Shown here piece after piece: positions 48,561 through 61,481 of a stretch of 64,000 nt of DNA. The first letter of the stretch is position 1, and every line of letters begins with the position of its first letter. A program made the translations under genes and the position numbers. This DNA comes from Ranitomeya imitator (lineage: Eukaryota), in the NCBI RefSeq assembly GCF_032444005.1, contig NC_091287.1, positions 533,634,001 to 533,698,000 on the forward strand. Reading direction: 5' to 3'. The notes below the pieces were generated by a model. It was not told the DNA's origin and searched no databases. It saw nothing but the letters and a program-made list of their open reading frames with translations.

Positions 48561-48675
48561 AGTAACATAGTAACATAGTAACATAGTTAGTAAGGCCGAA
48601 AAAAGACATTTGTCCATCCAGTTCAGCCTATATTCCATCATAATAAATACCCAGATCTACGTCCTTCTACAGAAC

Positions 48676-51452
48676 CTAATAATTGTATGATACAATATTG
48701 TTCTGCTCCAGGAAGACATCCAGGCCTCTCTTGAACCCCTCGACTGAGTTCGCCATCACCACCTCCTCAGGCAAGCAATTCCAGATTCTCACTGCCCTAA
48801 CAGTAAAGAATCCTCTTCTATGTTGGTGGAAAAACCTTCTCTCCTCCAGACGCAAAGAATGCCCCCTTGTGCCCGTCACCTTCCTTGGTATAAACAGATC
48901 CTCAGCGAGATATTTGTATTGTCCCCTTATATACTTATACATGGTTATTAGATCGCCCCTCAGTCGTCTTTTTTCTAGACTAAATAATCCTAATTTCGCT
49001 AATCTATCTATTGTAGTTCTCCCATCCCCTTTATTAATTTTGTTGCCCTCCTTTGTACTCTCTCTAGTTCCATTATATCCTTCCTGAGCACCGGTGCCCA
49101 AAACTGGACACAGTACTCCATGTGCGGTCTAACTAGGGATTTGTACAGAGGCAGTATAATGCTCTCATCATGTGTATCCAGACCTCTTTTAATGCACCCC
49201 ATGATCCTGTTTGCCTTGGCAGCTGCTGCCTGGCACTGGCTGCTCCAGGTAAGTTTATCATTAACTAGGATCCCCAAGTCCTTCTCCCTGTCAGATTTAC
49301 CCAGTGGTTTCCCGTTCAGTGTGTAATGGTGATATTGATTCCCTCTTCCCATGTGTATAACCTTACATTTATCATTGTTAAACCTCATCTGCCACCTTTC
49401 AGCCCAAGTTTCCAACTTATCCAGATCCATCTGTAGCAGAATACTATCTTCTCTTGTATTAACTGCTTTACATAGTTTTGTATCATCTGCAAATATCGAT
49501 ATTTTACTGTGTAAACCTTCTACCAGATCATTAATGAATATGTTGAAGAGAACAGGTCCCAATACTGACCCCTGCGGTACCCCACTGGTCACAGCGACCC
49601 AGTTAGAGACTATACCATTTATAACCACCCTCTGCTTTCTATCACTAAGCCAGTTACTAACCCATTTACACACATTTTCCCCCAGACCAAGCATTCTCAT
49701 TTTGTGTACCAACCTCTTGTGCGGCACGGTATCAAACGCTTTGGAAAAATCGAGATATACCACGTCCAATGACTCACCGTGGTCCAGTCTATAGCTTACC
49801 TCTTCATAAAAACTGATTAGATTGGTTTGACAGGAGCGATTTCTCATAAACCCATGCTGATATGGAGTTAAACAGTTATTCTCATTGAGATAATCCAGAA
49901 TAACATCCCTCAGAAACCCTTCAAATATTTTACCAACAATAGAGGTTAGACTTACTGGCCTATAATTTCCAGGTTCACTTTTAGAGCCCTTTTTGAATAT
50001 TGGCACCACATTTGCTATGCGCCAATCCTGCGGAACAGACCCTGTCGCTATAGAGTCCCTAAAAATAAGAAATAATGGTTTATCTATTATATTACTTAGT
50101 TCTCTTAGTACTCGTGGGTGTATGCCATCCGGACCCGGAGATTTATCTATTTTAATCTTATTTAGCCGGTTTCGCACCTCTTCTTGGGTTAGATTGGTGA
50201 CCCTTAATATAGGGTTTTCATTGTTTCTTGGGATTTCACCTAGCATTTCATTTTCCACCGTGAATACCGTGGAGAAGAAGGTGTTTAATATGTTAGCTTT
50301 TTCCTCGTCATCTACAACCATTCTTTCCTCACTATTTTTTAAGGGGCCTACATTTTCAGTTTTTATTCTTTTACTATTGATATAGTTGAAGAACAGTTTG
50401 GGATTAGTTTTACTCTCCTTAGCAATGTGCTTCTCTGTTTCCTTTTTGGCAGCTTTAATTAGTTTTTTAGATAAAGTATTTTTCTCCCTATAGTTTTTTA
50501 GAGCTTCAATGGTGCCATCCTGCTTTAGTAGTGCAAATGCTTTCTTTTTACTGTTAATTGCCTGTCTTACTTCTTTGTTTAGCCACATTGGGTTTTTCCT
50601 ATTTCTAGTCCTTTTATTCCCACAAGGTATAAACCGCTTACACTGCCTATTTAGGATGTTCTTAAACATTTCCCATTTATTATCTGTATTCTTATTTCTG
50701 AGGATATTGTCCCAGTCTACCAGATTAAGGGCATCTCTAAGCTGGTCAAACTTTGCCTTCCTAAAGTTCAATGTTTTTGTGACTCCCTGACAAGTCCCCC
50801 TAGTGAAAGACAGGTGAAACTGCACAATATTGTGGTCGCTATTTCCTAAATGCCCAACCACCTGCAGATTTGTTATTCTGTCAGGTCTATTAGATAGTAT
50901 TAGGTCTAAAAGTGCTGCTCCTCTGGTTGGATTCTGCACCAATTGTGAAAGATAATTTTTCTTGGTTATTAGCAGAAACCTGTTGCCTTTATGGGTTTCA
51001 CAGGTTTCTGTTTCCCAGTTAATATCCGGGTAGTTAAAGTCCCCCATAACCAGGACCTCATTATGGGTTGCAGCTTCATCTATCTGCTTTAGAAGTAGAC
51101 TTTCCATGCTTTCTGTTATATTTGGGGGTTTGTAACAGACCCCAATGAGAATTTTGTTACCATTTTTCCCTCCATGAATTTCAACCCATATGGACTCGAC
51201 ATCCTCATTTCCTTCGCTAATATCCTCCCTTAAAGTGGACTTTAGACAAGACTTTACATAGAGACAAACCCCTCCTCCTCTCCGATTTTTACGATCCTTT
51301 CTAAACAGACTGTAACCCTGTAAGTTAACTGCCCAGTCATAGCTTTCATCTAACCATGTCTCGGTTATTCCCACTATGTCAAAGTTACCTGTAGATATTT
51401 CTGCTTCTAGTTCTTCCATCTTGTTTGTCAGGCTTCTGGCGTTTGCGAGCAT
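48676..51452 (-). CDS. CR1 ORF2 (APE endonuclease + reverse transcriptase), frameshifted near the C-terminus
   Basis: Motifs NARSL, ITETWL, GDFNYPDI, SDHN, SPGPDGI, YRPVSLTS, LDFSKAFD, GVPQGSVLGP and FADDTKL. The frame breaks near 49010 (GELQ then stop) and RLAKLGLFSLEKRRLRGD continues in another frame, consistent with a small deletion. Confidence 0.92.
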
Positions 51453-51589
51453 GCAGTTTAGAGGATTTTGTTTTGTTCCAATCTCCTCACTGTGGATTGT
51501 TTTAGAAATGTTCTTACCTCCCTTCTGAGTATGTTTTCCTGGGTCGTCTTTGTTCGAGTCTAATGTTTTTCTTCCCGTCCCCTCTTCTT

Positions 51590-52036
51590 CTAGTTTAACG
51601 CCCTCCTGATGAGTGTAGCGAGTCTTCTGGCGAATGTGTGTTTCCCAGGTTTGTTGAGGTGTAGTCCGTCTCTGGCGAGGAGTCCATCATACCAGTAATT
51701 CACACCGTGGTCCAGGAATCCAAATCCTTGTGGTCTGCACCATCGTCTTAGCCAGTTGTTTGCATCAAGGATCCTGTTCCATCTCCTGGTGCCATGCCCG
51801 TCTACTGGAAGGATAGTAGAAAAAACTACCTGTGCATCCAGTTCCTTTACTTTCTTCCCCAACTCTTCAAAGTCCTTGCAGATTGTCGGTAGGTCCTTCC
51901 TTGCCGTGTCATTGGTGCCAACATGTATCAGAAGAAATGGGTGGACGTCCTTGGAGCTGAAGAGCTTTGGTATCCTATCGGTCACATCCTTGATCATCGC
52001 ACCTGGAAGGCAGCATACTTCTCTTGCAGTTATGTC
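51590..52036 (-). CDS. CR1 ORF1 C-terminal SGNH esterase-like domain (partial)
   Basis: VCCLPGAMIKDV..LLIHVGTND..GFGFLDH..DGLHLN motifs, typical of esterase-bearing CR1/L2 ORF1. Confidence 0.85.
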   Translation of the reverse strand, partial: DITAREVCCLPGAMIKDVTDRIPKLFSSKDVHPFLLIHVGTNDTARKDLPTICKDFEELGKKVKELDAQVVFSTILPVDGHGTRRWNRILDANNWLRRWCRPQGFGFLDHGVNYWYDGLLARDGLHLNKPGKHTFARRLATLIRRALN

Positions 52037-55000
52037 ACCTATTATGAATGGTGCATCCTGTGCTATCTACTGTATATACAGGTGTTATCAGTCATTGTAC
52101 AGGAGGAGGAGGTGAGCTGTGACATCACCTATTGTGGATGGTGGGTCCTGTGTTATCTACCGTATATAGAGGTGTTATCAGTTATTGTACAGGAGGAGGA
52201 GGTGAGCTGTGACATCACCTATTGTGAATGGTGGATTTTGTGTTATCTACTATATATAGAGGTGTTATCAGTCATTGCACAGGAGGAGGAGGTGAGCTGT
52301 GACATCACCTATTGTGAATGGTGGATCCTGTGTTATCTACTGTATATAGAGATGTTATCAGTCAATGTACAGGAGGAGGAGGTGAGCTGTGATGTCACCT
52401 ATTGTGAATGGTGGATCCTGTGTTATCTACTGTATATAGAGGTGTTATCAGTCATTGTACAGCAGGAGGAGGTGAGCTGTGATGTCACCTATTGTGAATG
52501 GTGGATCCTGTGTTATCTACTCTACATAGAGGTGTTATCAGTTATTGTACAGGAGGAGGAGGTGAGCTGTGACATCACCTATTATGAATGGTGGATTTTG
52601 TGTTATCTACTGTATATAGAGGTGTTATCAGTCATTGTACAGGAGGGGGAGGTGAGCTGTGACATCACCTATTGTGAATGGTGGATCCTGTGTTATCTAC
52701 TGTATATAGAGATGTTATCAGTCAATGTACAGGAGGAGGAGGTGAGCTGTGACATCACCTATTGTGAATGGTGGATCCTGTGTTATCTACTGTATATAGA
52801 GGTGTTGTCAGCCATTGTACAGGAGGAGGATGAGGTGAGCTGTGACATCACCTATTGTGAATGGTGGATCCTGTGTTATCTACTGTATATAGAGGTGTTG
52901 TCAGCCATTGTACAGGAGGAGGATGAGGTGAGCTGTGACATCATCTATTGTGAATGGTGGATCCTGTGTTATCTACTGTATATAGAGGTGTTATCAATCA
53001 TTGTACAGGAGGAGGAGGTGAGCTGTGACATCACCTATTGTGAATGGTGGATCCTGTGTTATCTACTGTATATAGAGGTGTTATCAGTCATTGTACAGGA
53101 GGAGGAGGTGAGCTGTGATATCACCTATTGTGAATGGTGGATCCTGTGTTATCTCCTGAATATAGAGGTGTTATCAGTCATTGTACAGGAGGAGGAGGTG
53201 AGCTGTGACATCACCTATTGTGAATGGTGGATCCTGTGTTATCTCCTGAATATAGAGGTGTTATCAGTCATTGTACAGGAGGAGGAGGTGAGCTGTGACA
53301 TCACCTATTGTGAATGGTGGATCCTGTGTTATCTCCTGAATATAGAGGTGTTATCAGTCATTGTACAGGAGGAGGAGGTGAGCTGTGACATCACCTATTG
53401 TGAATGGTGGATCCTGTGTTATCTACTGTATATAGCGGAGTTATCAGTCATTGTACAGGAGGAGGAGGTGAGCTGTGACATCACCTATTGTGAATGGTGG
53501 ATCCTGTGTTATCTCCTGAATATAGAGGTGTTATCAGTCATTGTACAGGAGGAGGAGGTGAGCTGTGACATCACCTATTGTGAATGGTGGATCCTGTGTT
53601 ATCTACTGTATATAGCGGAGTTATCAGTCATTGTACAGGAGGAGGTGAGCTGTGACATCACCTATTGTGAATGATGGATCCTGTGTTATCTACTGTATAT
53701 AGAGGTGTTATCAGTCACTGTACAGGAGTAGGTGAGCTGTGATATCACCTATTGTGGATGGTGGATCCTGTGTTATCTACTGTATATAGAGGTGTTATCA
53801 GTCATTGTACAGGAGGAGGAGGTGAGCTGTGACATCACCTATTATGAATGGTGCATCCTGTGCTATCTTCTGTATATACAGGTGTTATCAGTCATTGTAC
53901 AGGAGGAGGAGGTGAGCTGTGACATCACCTATTGTGGATGGTGGGTCCTGTGATATCTACCGTATATAGAGGTGTTATCAGTTATTGTACAGGAGGAGGA
54001 GGTGAGCTGTGACATCACCTATTGTGAATGGTGGATCCTGTGTTATCTACTGTATATAGAGGTGTTATCAGTCATTGTACAGGAGGAGGAGGTGAGCTGT
54101 GACATCACCTATTATGAATGGTGCATCCTGTGCTATCTACTGTATATACAGGTGTTATCAGTCATTGTACAGGAGGAGGAGGTGAGCTGTGACATCACCT
54201 ATTGTGGATGGTGGGTCCTGTGTTATCTACTGTATATAGAGGTGTTGTCAGCCATTGTACAGGAGGAGGATGAGGTGAGCTGTGACATCACCTATTGTGA
54301 ATGGTGGATCCTGTGTTATCTACTGTATATAGAGGTGTTGTCAGCCATTGTACAGGAGGAGGATGAGGTGAGCTGTGACATCACCTATTGTGAATGGTGG
54401 ATCCTGTGTTATCTACTGTATATAGAGGTGTTATCAGCCATTGTACAGGAGGAGGAGGTGAGCTGTGACATCACCTATTGTCATTAGTGGATCCTGTGTT
54501 ATCTACTGTATATAGAGGTGTTATCAGTCATTATACAGGAGGATGAGGTGAGGTGTGACATCACTTATTGTGAATGGTGGATCATGTGTTATCTACTGTA
54601 TATAGAGGTATTATCAGTCATTGTACAGGAGGAGGAGGTGAGCTGTGACATCCTCTATTGTGAATGGTGGATCCTGTGTTATCTACTGTATATAGAGGTG
54701 TTATCAGTCATTGTACAGGAGGAGGAGGTGAGCTGTGACATCACCTATTGTGAATGGTGGATCCTGTGTTATCTACTGTATATAGAGGTCTTATCAGTCA
54801 TTGTACAGGAGGAGGAGGTGAGCTGTGACATCACCTATTGTGATTAGTGGATCCTGTGTTATCTACTGTGTATAGAGTTATTATCAGTCATTTTACAGGA
54901 GGAGGAGGTGAGCTGTGACATCACCTATTGTGGATGTTGAATCCTGTGCATTCTACTGTATATAGAGGTCTTATCAGTCATTGTACAGGAGGGGGAGGTA

Positions 55001-55353
55001 AGCTGTGATATCACCTATTGTGAATGGTGGATCCTGTGTTATCTACTGTATATAGAGGTGTTATCAGTCATTGTACAGGAGGAGGAGGTGAGCTGTGACT
55101 TCACCTATTGTGAATGGTGGATCCTGTGTTATCTACTGTATATAGAGGTGTTATCAGTCATTGTACAGGAGGAGGAGGTGAGCTGTGACATCACCTATTG
55201 TGAATGGTGGATCCTGTGCTATCTACTGTATATAGAGGTGTTATCAGTCATTGTACAGGAGGAGGAGGTGAGCTGTGACATCACCTATTGTGGATGTTGA
55301 ATCCTGTGCATTCTACTGTATATAGAGGTCTTATCAGTCATTGTACAGGAGGA
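52037..55353 (+). repeat. 90-bp satellite, right block (~37 units)
   Basis: Same unit as the left block; 87-bp and 93-bp variants arise from GGA/GAT slippage. Confidence 0.97.
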
Positions 55354-55626
55354 AAAGTGATCTCTACAGAATAGGAAGTATCTTAAGCTTAGAGAGAAAT
55401 ATATATAGAAAGTGATAAGAAAATGATAAAAACAAATCACCAAACTTTAAGATAAAAAAAAACTTTAAATACGAACTTGATTTAAACAATTGGACATTTT
55501 CTAATGAAATATTCCCTCATTGGCCCTCATGGAGGAATACTCACTGCTCTAACCTGACGTTCTAACCACAGATAGAAAATACAGATCTCAGGTGGTCCCC
55601 CATTTGCCCCTCGCCAGGGTCGGCAT

Positions 55627-56211
55627 TAGTGTTGAGCATTCCGATACCGCAAGTATCGGGTATCGGCCGATACTTGCGGTATCGGAATTCCGATACCGAG
55701 ATCCGATACTTTTGTGGTATCGGGTATCGGTATCGGATACATAGAGATGTGTAAAATAAAGAATTAAAATAAAAAATATTGATATATTTACCTCTCCGGC
55801 GGCCCCTGGACTCAGCGCGGGTAACCGGCAGGCTTCGTTGTTCAAAATCAGCGCTTTTAGGACCTGAGAATCACGTCCCGGCTTCTGATTGGTCGCGGGC
55901 CGCCCATGTGACCGCCACGCGACCAATCACAAGCCGCGACGTCACCGCAAGCTATTAACGCGCTCATTTTTAAAAATGAGCGCGTTAATGGCTTTCAAAG
56001 ACGTAGCGGCTTGTGATTGGTCGCGGCCACGCAAGGAGTTTCCTCTCCTTCAGACCCTGGGAACCATGAGAATACCTTCCGATACTTGATGTCCCATTGA
56101 CTTGTATTGGTATCGGATATCGGTATCGGCGATATCCGATATTTTTCGGGTATCGGCCGATACTATCCGATACCGATACTTTCAAGTATCGGACGGTATC
56201 GCTCAACACTA
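55627..56211. mobile_element. hAT-type MITE (585 bp)
   Basis: TIRs TAGTGTTGAGC / GCTCAACACTA, a perfect 8-bp TSD GTCGGCAT (55619-55626, 56212-56219), and many CCGATAC/GTATCGG subterminal motifs. Confidence 0.92.
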
Positions 56212-56831
56212 GTCGGCATATAATACATAGAGAACTTGGCAAAACCTCCTCCATTAGAAGTGTAATTGTTCTGTGCCCTGAATCTTGGACCATACCAGTC
56301 CACTATAGAACTATCGGGTTTGATCATCTTAACAGGCCTACACGTCCCTGTTTTCTGACGTCCCCAATATCCAAGAATTCTGATTGGAGAGTTATCCTGG
56401 TCTTTTGTGGCAATCTAGGGCACACATGGCACCTCGCTGTGGACGAGTCCATAGAACCAGCCCATACGTGCCACTTGCTGATCACACATGGCGTTATTAC
56501 ATAGGGTTTCATTTATTTACCGCGGTGCAGACAGCTGGGACTGTTCACACCAGCCGCACACGTGAGCTATGAACACGCGGCAAAGGTTGCGCTAAATGTG
56601 AGCTTCGATGTAATCATTACACTGCAAAATAGTCACGGAGGGTGAATTTATTCTTTTGACCCCCCAAAGGTCTGAAAAATGCCCTGCAATGTAAAATCCA
56701 TATCAAGGCACCCAACTATCTAACTAGCTTAGAGTGCACCCCAATGGGGCAGACGGCTCGGAAACTACCTACATTTACCCCCTTATCCATCCTCTTTTAT
56801 GGTGCACCATTAGGGTTGCATTTCTCTCTTA

Positions 56832-57262
56832 AGGTACCTTCACACTGAGCGACTTTAGAACGATAACGATAGCGATCCGTGACGTTGCAGCGTCCTGGAT
56901 AGCGATATCGTTGTGTTTGACACGCAGCAGCGATCTGGATCCTGCTGTGACATCGTTGGTCGGAGCTAGAAGGCCAGAACTTTATTTCGTCGCTGGATCA
57001 CCCGCTGACATCGCTGAATCGGCGTGTGTGACGCCGATTCAGCGATGTCTTCACTTGTAACCAGGGTAAACATCGGGTTACTAAGCGCAGGGCCGCGCTT
57101 AGTAACCCGATATTTACCCTGGTTACCTAAAAAAAAAAAACACTACATACTTACATTCCGTTGTCTGTCGCGTCCCTCGCAGTCAGCATCCCGCACTGAC
57201 TGTGAGCGCCGGCCGTAAAGCACAGCGGTGACATCACCGCTGTGCTCTGCTTTACGGCCGGC
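56832..57262. mobile_element. Truncated PIF/Harbinger-type MITE (arm E), joined to a TTAA-type MITE fragment ending ~57539
   Basis: TTA-AGGTACCTTCACAC start and the shared GGTAAACATCGGGTTACTAAGCGC hairpin. The right TIR is absent; the sequence continues to GTGACAGGTTCCCT-TTAA. Confidence 0.65.
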
Positions 57263-57875
57263 CAGTGCACTTTGTCCCGGAAGTCTTTCGCTGTGTTCCA
57301 GGACATAGTGCGCCTGCGCATGCACACTAATGCTTTTCGGCTTTGCCCGCAGTTGGGCAAAGCATACTGCGCGTGCGCAAGGCGAGATTGCATTGCGCAC
57401 GCGTGTATTACGGAGGAAACCTAATCAAATTCAAGACAATGTTGCGGCCAGCGGGAAAGGAAGGGGTGCATGAAAGAACAGAAAACACCTCCCATCGGAC
57501 CGCTAACAGAGCCCGCCAAATTCAGGTGACAGGTTCCCTTTAATAGATATGAGTTCTATCCGTGAATAATACGGATAGAACTCGAAGGAGAAAACTGACG
57601 CGTGAATGAGCTCTAAGCCAGACAAAATTACTTTACTTTCTCTCATCTCCATGGTCTCCTATTTAGTAGCCATATTAATCTCATTTTTTTCCACCTGCCA
57701 TACATCCTTCTGGTCCAAAGATTGTCCTTGTTCCCCCAGTCTTCAGGATGCTTATTCTTGACTGATTCTGTCCTGCTCCCCATCTCTTAACTTTAATGGA
57801 TCCATAAATATCTGGTTTTCATACATCTCTAAAGACTTCTTAGAGTTTTTTACTCAATCTATGGAGCAGAACTTA

Positions 57876-58553
57876 GGGTACCGTCACACTATACGATTTA
57901 CCTACGATCACGACCAGCGATACGACCTGGCCGTGATCGTAGGTAAGTCGTAGTGTGGTCGCTGGAGAGCTGTCACACAGACAGCTCTCCAGCGACCAAC
58001 GATGTCGAGGTAACGATGCCAGCGTAAAAAAAAACAAACAGCACATACTTACATTCCGGTGTCTGTCCCTTGCCGTCTGCTTCCCGCACTCACTGACTGC
58101 CGGCCGTAAAGTGAAAGCAGAGCACAGTGGTGACGTCACCGCTCTGCTCTGCTTTCACTTTACGGCCGGCAGTCAGTGAGTGCGGGAAGCAGACGGCAAG
58201 GGACCTGACGGACACCGGAATGTAAGTATGTGCTGTTTGTTTTTTTTTCGTTTACGCTGGTAACCAGGGTAAACATCGGGTTACTAAGCGCGGTCCTGCG
58301 CTTAGTAACCCGATGTTTACCCTGGTTACAAGCGAACGCATCGCTAGATCGGTGTCACACACACCGATCTAGCGATGACAGCGGGAGATCCAGCGACGAA
58401 AGAAAGTTCCAAACGATCTGCTACGACGTACGATTCTCAGCAGGATCCCTGATCGCTGCTGCGTGTCAGACACAGCGATATCGTATGGATATCGCTGGAA
58501 CGTCACGAATCGTACCGTCGTAGCGATCGAAATGGCACTGTGTGATGGTACCC
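57876..58553. mobile_element. PIF/Harbinger-type palindromic MITE (arms A...D)
   Basis: GGGTACCGTCACAC...GTGTGATGGTACCC with TTA/TTA TSD. Confidence 0.87.
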
Positions 58554-59514
58554 TTAGGGTCTCTATGCAGGACAGGCTTCCATTCTGGCAGACTCAAGGC
58601 CCTCCTATCCGAAAGGGATTGTGTCTACTCACAATATCAAATCCAGTGGATGAGTCAGCATAGCTTAAATGCAATACTTTCCTTCAGATTTAGACTTGGC
58701 AATTGAGAGATCGTTGGAAACCTAGACATTTTTGGAAGATCCTTAATATTCCACCAAAATGTATCTAGATTTCCAAAGACCTTTGACTGCCAGGTCTGAT
58801 TGTAAAAAAAAGAGTGTTTCCTTTATTCCATAATTACTCATCTACTGGATTTGATATCCTAAATAGAGCCAACTCCTTTCAGATAGGAGCACCTCGTGTC
58901 TGACAAAATGGAAGCCTATCACACCTAGTGACCTTCAATTCTGACCCATAGATTGAGGTCTTGAGCGAAATCGTAAGTAGTCACCTACCTCCAAACAATC
59001 ATTGGATTTAATGGTCATGGTTTCTCTTGGCTTCCACCAAATATTTTGATCTTCTGTAAGTCCTTTTCTGGTTCTACTTCAGCCCTACCTGCTTTATCTG
59101 TCAGGGTTCAGCTCTAGACCATCTTCTATTTCTTATTGCCATGATATACTGACGTAAGTCATCTGTATACAGGACAGTTGTATCTCGAAGAGAAAATGTG
59201 ATGTCTGATGTCCAAGATGTGATGTCTTGGAAATACCGATGTCTCCACTCAAAACACAAAATTAGAGCTAATCATGTAGTATAATTGTATTGCAGGTATA
59301 ATAACATCTTGAGAGCCATATAGATACTGACCCAGACATCTTCACTGGAATTTGCTACTCCCTTCATGTAACACGTACTTTATACCTCTCCGCAATCCAG
59401 TCTATTTTTCAACCTGACAACTTAACGTTTGTCTACAGATGATCACACACATTGTAGGATTACTATTAGGGCGCTGCATGGCTTTTTTTATGGGCTCTAG
59501 GGCAGTAGTAATTA

Positions 59515-59892
59515 CAAAGTACCTGTCACCTGTTCTAAATATGTAAGAAAAAATGTTACCAGGTGTGAATGCCTCTGTTCTCCTGAATCCGGAGATGTTT
59601 TTCTTTAGCTCCTGCGCCTCTCGGTTCCTGAGATATGACGCTCTCTTACCTGTATATATAAATGTGTTCTTTTGTAACCAACTGGGCGTGGTCATCAGGA
59701 AGTCATCAACGGAAAAGAGTTCTGAATGACGCCCTTTTGGCTAACATCACTACGATTACATAAAATGAAAAAGGGGCCACATCTCATTAACGGAAAGGTG
59801 CAGGAGCAAAAGAAAAACCACCGGAACCAGAACAGCGGCATTTACACTAGGTAAAAAAATATTATATATTTATGGAAAATGACAGGTCCTCT
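59515..59892. mobile_element. TTAA-type (T2/Kolobok-like) MITE, degenerate ends
   Basis: GTACCTGTCAC...TGACAGGTCCTCT, with internal arms shared with 12782-13121. Confidence 0.55.
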
Positions 59893-60552
59893 TTCAGCAG
59901 TGTCATTACTTGCTGTTTCATTCCATCCAAAAAAGTGTTGGAGGCCATCAAACATTTTTTTGGGGTCTGAAGCCAACTCTGTCTTTGATCTGGTCCAGAA
60001 GCTTGTTTGGATGTTGTGTCCTTCTACCCACAAAACTGGAAGGGCCTAACTCCCGCATTGCCTCCCCTCTGACTATATCAAGTATTCGCTCTTCTGTCCA
60101 GCTAGATGGTTCCCTGGTGTAATAAGTACATTGGGTCCCAAGACTTTGCTTCTCGTTGATTTATCTTAAACCAAGTTTCTGTATGTTAATATGCAAGAAG
60201 TGTAATTTTTTTTAAGGAAGTCTATGTGACATGAAATAGGAAGCATTTGATTAAGTTCACCGAAACTTTACTATTTTTGAGTGGAATTCCAGTAAGATTT
60301 GTCAAAATTGTGACATTTAGTGACTCCTCTAGTAGTAAGAGGTCTACCGACTCAGGCAAGATCAAACCCTGAACTCTATATTAACCTACATTAGAAGAAA
60401 AAAAATCAACCCCAGATTACTTTTTTGGCGAAATTTCGGTCTTATAAAAAGAACAAAAGCAAGTGATAAAATTCATCATTAGGTCTGTAGAGATAATACA
60501 GTCCAGAGTTTTGTGTTTTGATGTAGTAGGGCTTTGTGATTATGTAGTAGAG

Positions 60553-60555
<3 letters not shown>

Positions 60556-60624
<69 letters not shown>
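60556..60624 (+). repeat. (TA)n microsatellite
   Basis: About 34 units with one interruption. Confidence 0.97.
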
Positions 60625-60629
<5 letters not shown>

Positions 60630-61426
60630 CTGTGTGATGAAGCAAAGACGTGTGTATATTTAGCAGAGTTGTGTGTGTAGCAGAGCTGTGTATTTCTGTG
60701 TATATAGTAGAAATGTGTGTATGTGGTATGCTCTAGTGCTGCAAGGGTTAAACTGCTTAGTTGGAGTAGTTATCTGTCTTGGGCTTTATCAGCTGTTCTG
60801 AGTTTGTTACTCCCAACAGGTATAAGAACCATCATCCTTGCTTCTGACCTTGCCAGTGATAGCTATCACTACCTGGTTTGGAGTTGTAGGATAGAGTTCA
60901 GTGTGTGGAGTAGGCAGTTGGAGACTTTTTCAGGAGATTGCTACATGGAGTTGATTTGCATGTTTATTCTTATCCTCTTCCATTTGGTTTCTTCCTTCCT
61001 ATAACTCTCCTGTTTCCCACTCTGTTGTTTTGGGAGTGTTTTTGGATGATTGTAGTTTTCTTTTATCCCTGTCTGTTTACCCCTGTCTGTCTGGTTAGTG
61101 TTTGCCTATACACTTCGGCCTCACACCTCCTTGTGAGAGGGAGAAAACAGATAAGGGCAAGACAGGAGCATAGCAAGATATGAGACCCCAGCATCTCCAC
61201 CATCCGGAGTAATCTGGGGGACAGGAATAGCATAGGGCACCCCTAGTTCAAGGGATCAGGTAGGTGCCCACAATCCCTTGTCACTACATGACGGAAACAT
61301 TAACAATAGATCTTTCACCTCCTATTCTACCCTTGTGCACAAATATTAGTAATATTGACCCTTCCATTTCTTTCCACAATCATAAACGTTTTAATTATGC
61401 TTCTCAGCATTCAACTGTGCACTACA

Positions 61427-61444
61427 TCTACTATATAAAGCTGA

Positions 61445-61481
<37 letters not shown>

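Larger units (their letters stand above)
48557..52036 (-). mobile_element. CR1 LINE, 5'-truncated within ORF1
   Basis: (ACATAGTA)n tail at 48557-48590, an ORF2 with APE endonuclease and RT, and the ORF1 esterase C-terminus. Inserted at GACAT|CACC of the satellite with no clear TSD. Confidence 0.95.

Noticed and set aside
46462-55300. Long ORFs (up to 583 aa) of a 30-aa repeat IVQEEEVSCDITYCEWWILCYLLYIEVLSV
   Set aside because: The unit is 90 bp and length variants are triplet slippage, so an open frame persists passively. Several different stop-creating variants (GAATGA, GAGTAG, TGTTGA, CATTAG) occur and some are re-duplicated, and a CR1 interrupts the array. There is no sign of coding constraint.
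56220-56520. Moderately long ORFs on both strands next to the hAT MITE
   Set aside because: No recognisable domain and no convincing splice sites; part of the ORF length is MITE sequence.
6363-58556. GGTACC-ended MITEs as TTAA-targeting (piggyBac/Kolobok) elements
   Set aside because: Only one copy (32891) fits a TTAA/TTAA duplication, whereas four fit an exact 3-bp TAA/TAA or TTA/TTA duplication, which favours PIF/Harbinger.
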